This document shows, piece after piece, positions 63,451 through 64,000 of a DNA stretch of 64,000 nt. The stretch is taken from NCBI GenBank assembly GCA_029258885.1, contig JAPDJW010000001.1, positions 64,001 to 128,000 of the forward strand. Reading direction: 5' to 3'. The notes beneath the pieces are model-generated. The model did not search any database. It saw nothing but the letters and a program-made list of their open reading frames with translations, and was not told the origin of the DNA. Numbering within the stretch: position 1 is the first letter of the stretch; each line of letters begins with the position of its first letter. This DNA comes from Thermoproteota archaeon. GTDB lineage: Archaea > Thermoproteota > Thermoprotei > Thermofilales > B9-G17. A program made the position numbers and the translations under genes.

Positions 63451-64000
63451 TGTATTCGCATAAGTTCGGGACCTGTTGTTTCGTCACCAACTATAGCACC
63501 GCGACTGTTGGCTATAATACCTAGTTTTATATATGGACTTCCCCTGTTGATTGTTCCTACATCTGCCTTCACATGTAGAACGCTTTCCAATATCTCTAGT
63601 TCATCATCAGAGGCTAGGGGATGAACTAAAGCTCCTCTATTGGTTGCAATAGCTATAGCACCTACTAGTGGAGAATTGGCCAGCTCCATGGATACAACTT
63701 CAACATTAAGGGTATCAGCTATTTGTACTCTTTCTTTCTTGCTAAAGAGAGGAGATATGATAGCGCCCCTATCATTTACTAGTATCATGTTTCCGATAGC
63801 AGTTTTCTTGCTGTTAAATACTGTCAGTCTATAGCCTAGTTCGTTAAATGTCTCCTGTAGATATTTTAGTTCTTCATCCGTTACTATAGAGGGTATTAGA
63901 GCCCCATAGGAGTTGCTTACAATAAATATCCCCAATAGTGAAGATCTTGCAATGCTACATCTCAATGCTTTAGTTTTAAGCACTCTCTTTATAGCCTCAT
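63432..64000 (-). CDS. eif6: Translation initiation factor 6, 5'-truncated by the window edge
   Basis: IGN.IL.ND.GA, VG.....TN.G.LVHP, GT.N.G......G..ANS.GA.VG..TTGPE; frame is open to position 64000. Confidence 0.93.
   Translation of the reverse strand, partial: EAIKRVLKTKALRCSIARSSLLGIFIVSNSYGALIPSIVTDEELKYLQETFNELGYRLTVFNSKKTAIGNMILVNDRGAIISPLFSKKERVQIADTLNVEVVSMELANSPLVGAIAIATNRGALVHPLASDDELEILESVLHVKADVGTINRGSPYIKLGIIANSRGAIVGDETTGPELMRIHQVLFS

Overview
Core-genome segment of a hyperthermophilic archaeon of Thermoproteota (Thermoprotei, probably Thermofilales/Thermoproteales-like). Evidence: PolB1 plus PolB3, RpoG, SmAP3, Alba, a 16S-23S operon with no spacer tRNA and no linked 5S, GC-rich rRNA in an AT-rich genome, and non-canonical tRNA introns. 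It holds one rRNA operon, 8 tRNAs and about 70 mostly housekeeping CDS for replication, translation and RNA modification. No CRISPR array, integrase or intact transposase was found. Main oddities: (1) tRNA-Ile2(CAU) and tRNA-Val(CAC) both encode T instead of G at position 1, opposite C72, with promoters spaced to start at G2, suggesting G1 is added after transcription (Thg1-like 5' repair/editing); (2) a ~67-nt hairpin at the ES9 site of 23S rRNA, either an enlarged expansion segment or a mini-intron; (3) an OST3/OSTC-like membrane protein in the same window as aglB; (4) two FEN1 paralogues sharing a 164-bp identical block, one starting at ACG; (5) a probable TnpB/omega-RNA remnant that contains the fen promoter; (6) five tRNA introns in four tRNAs, four of them at non-canonical positions. 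All calls come from manual reading and motif recognition; no database search or folding program was run.
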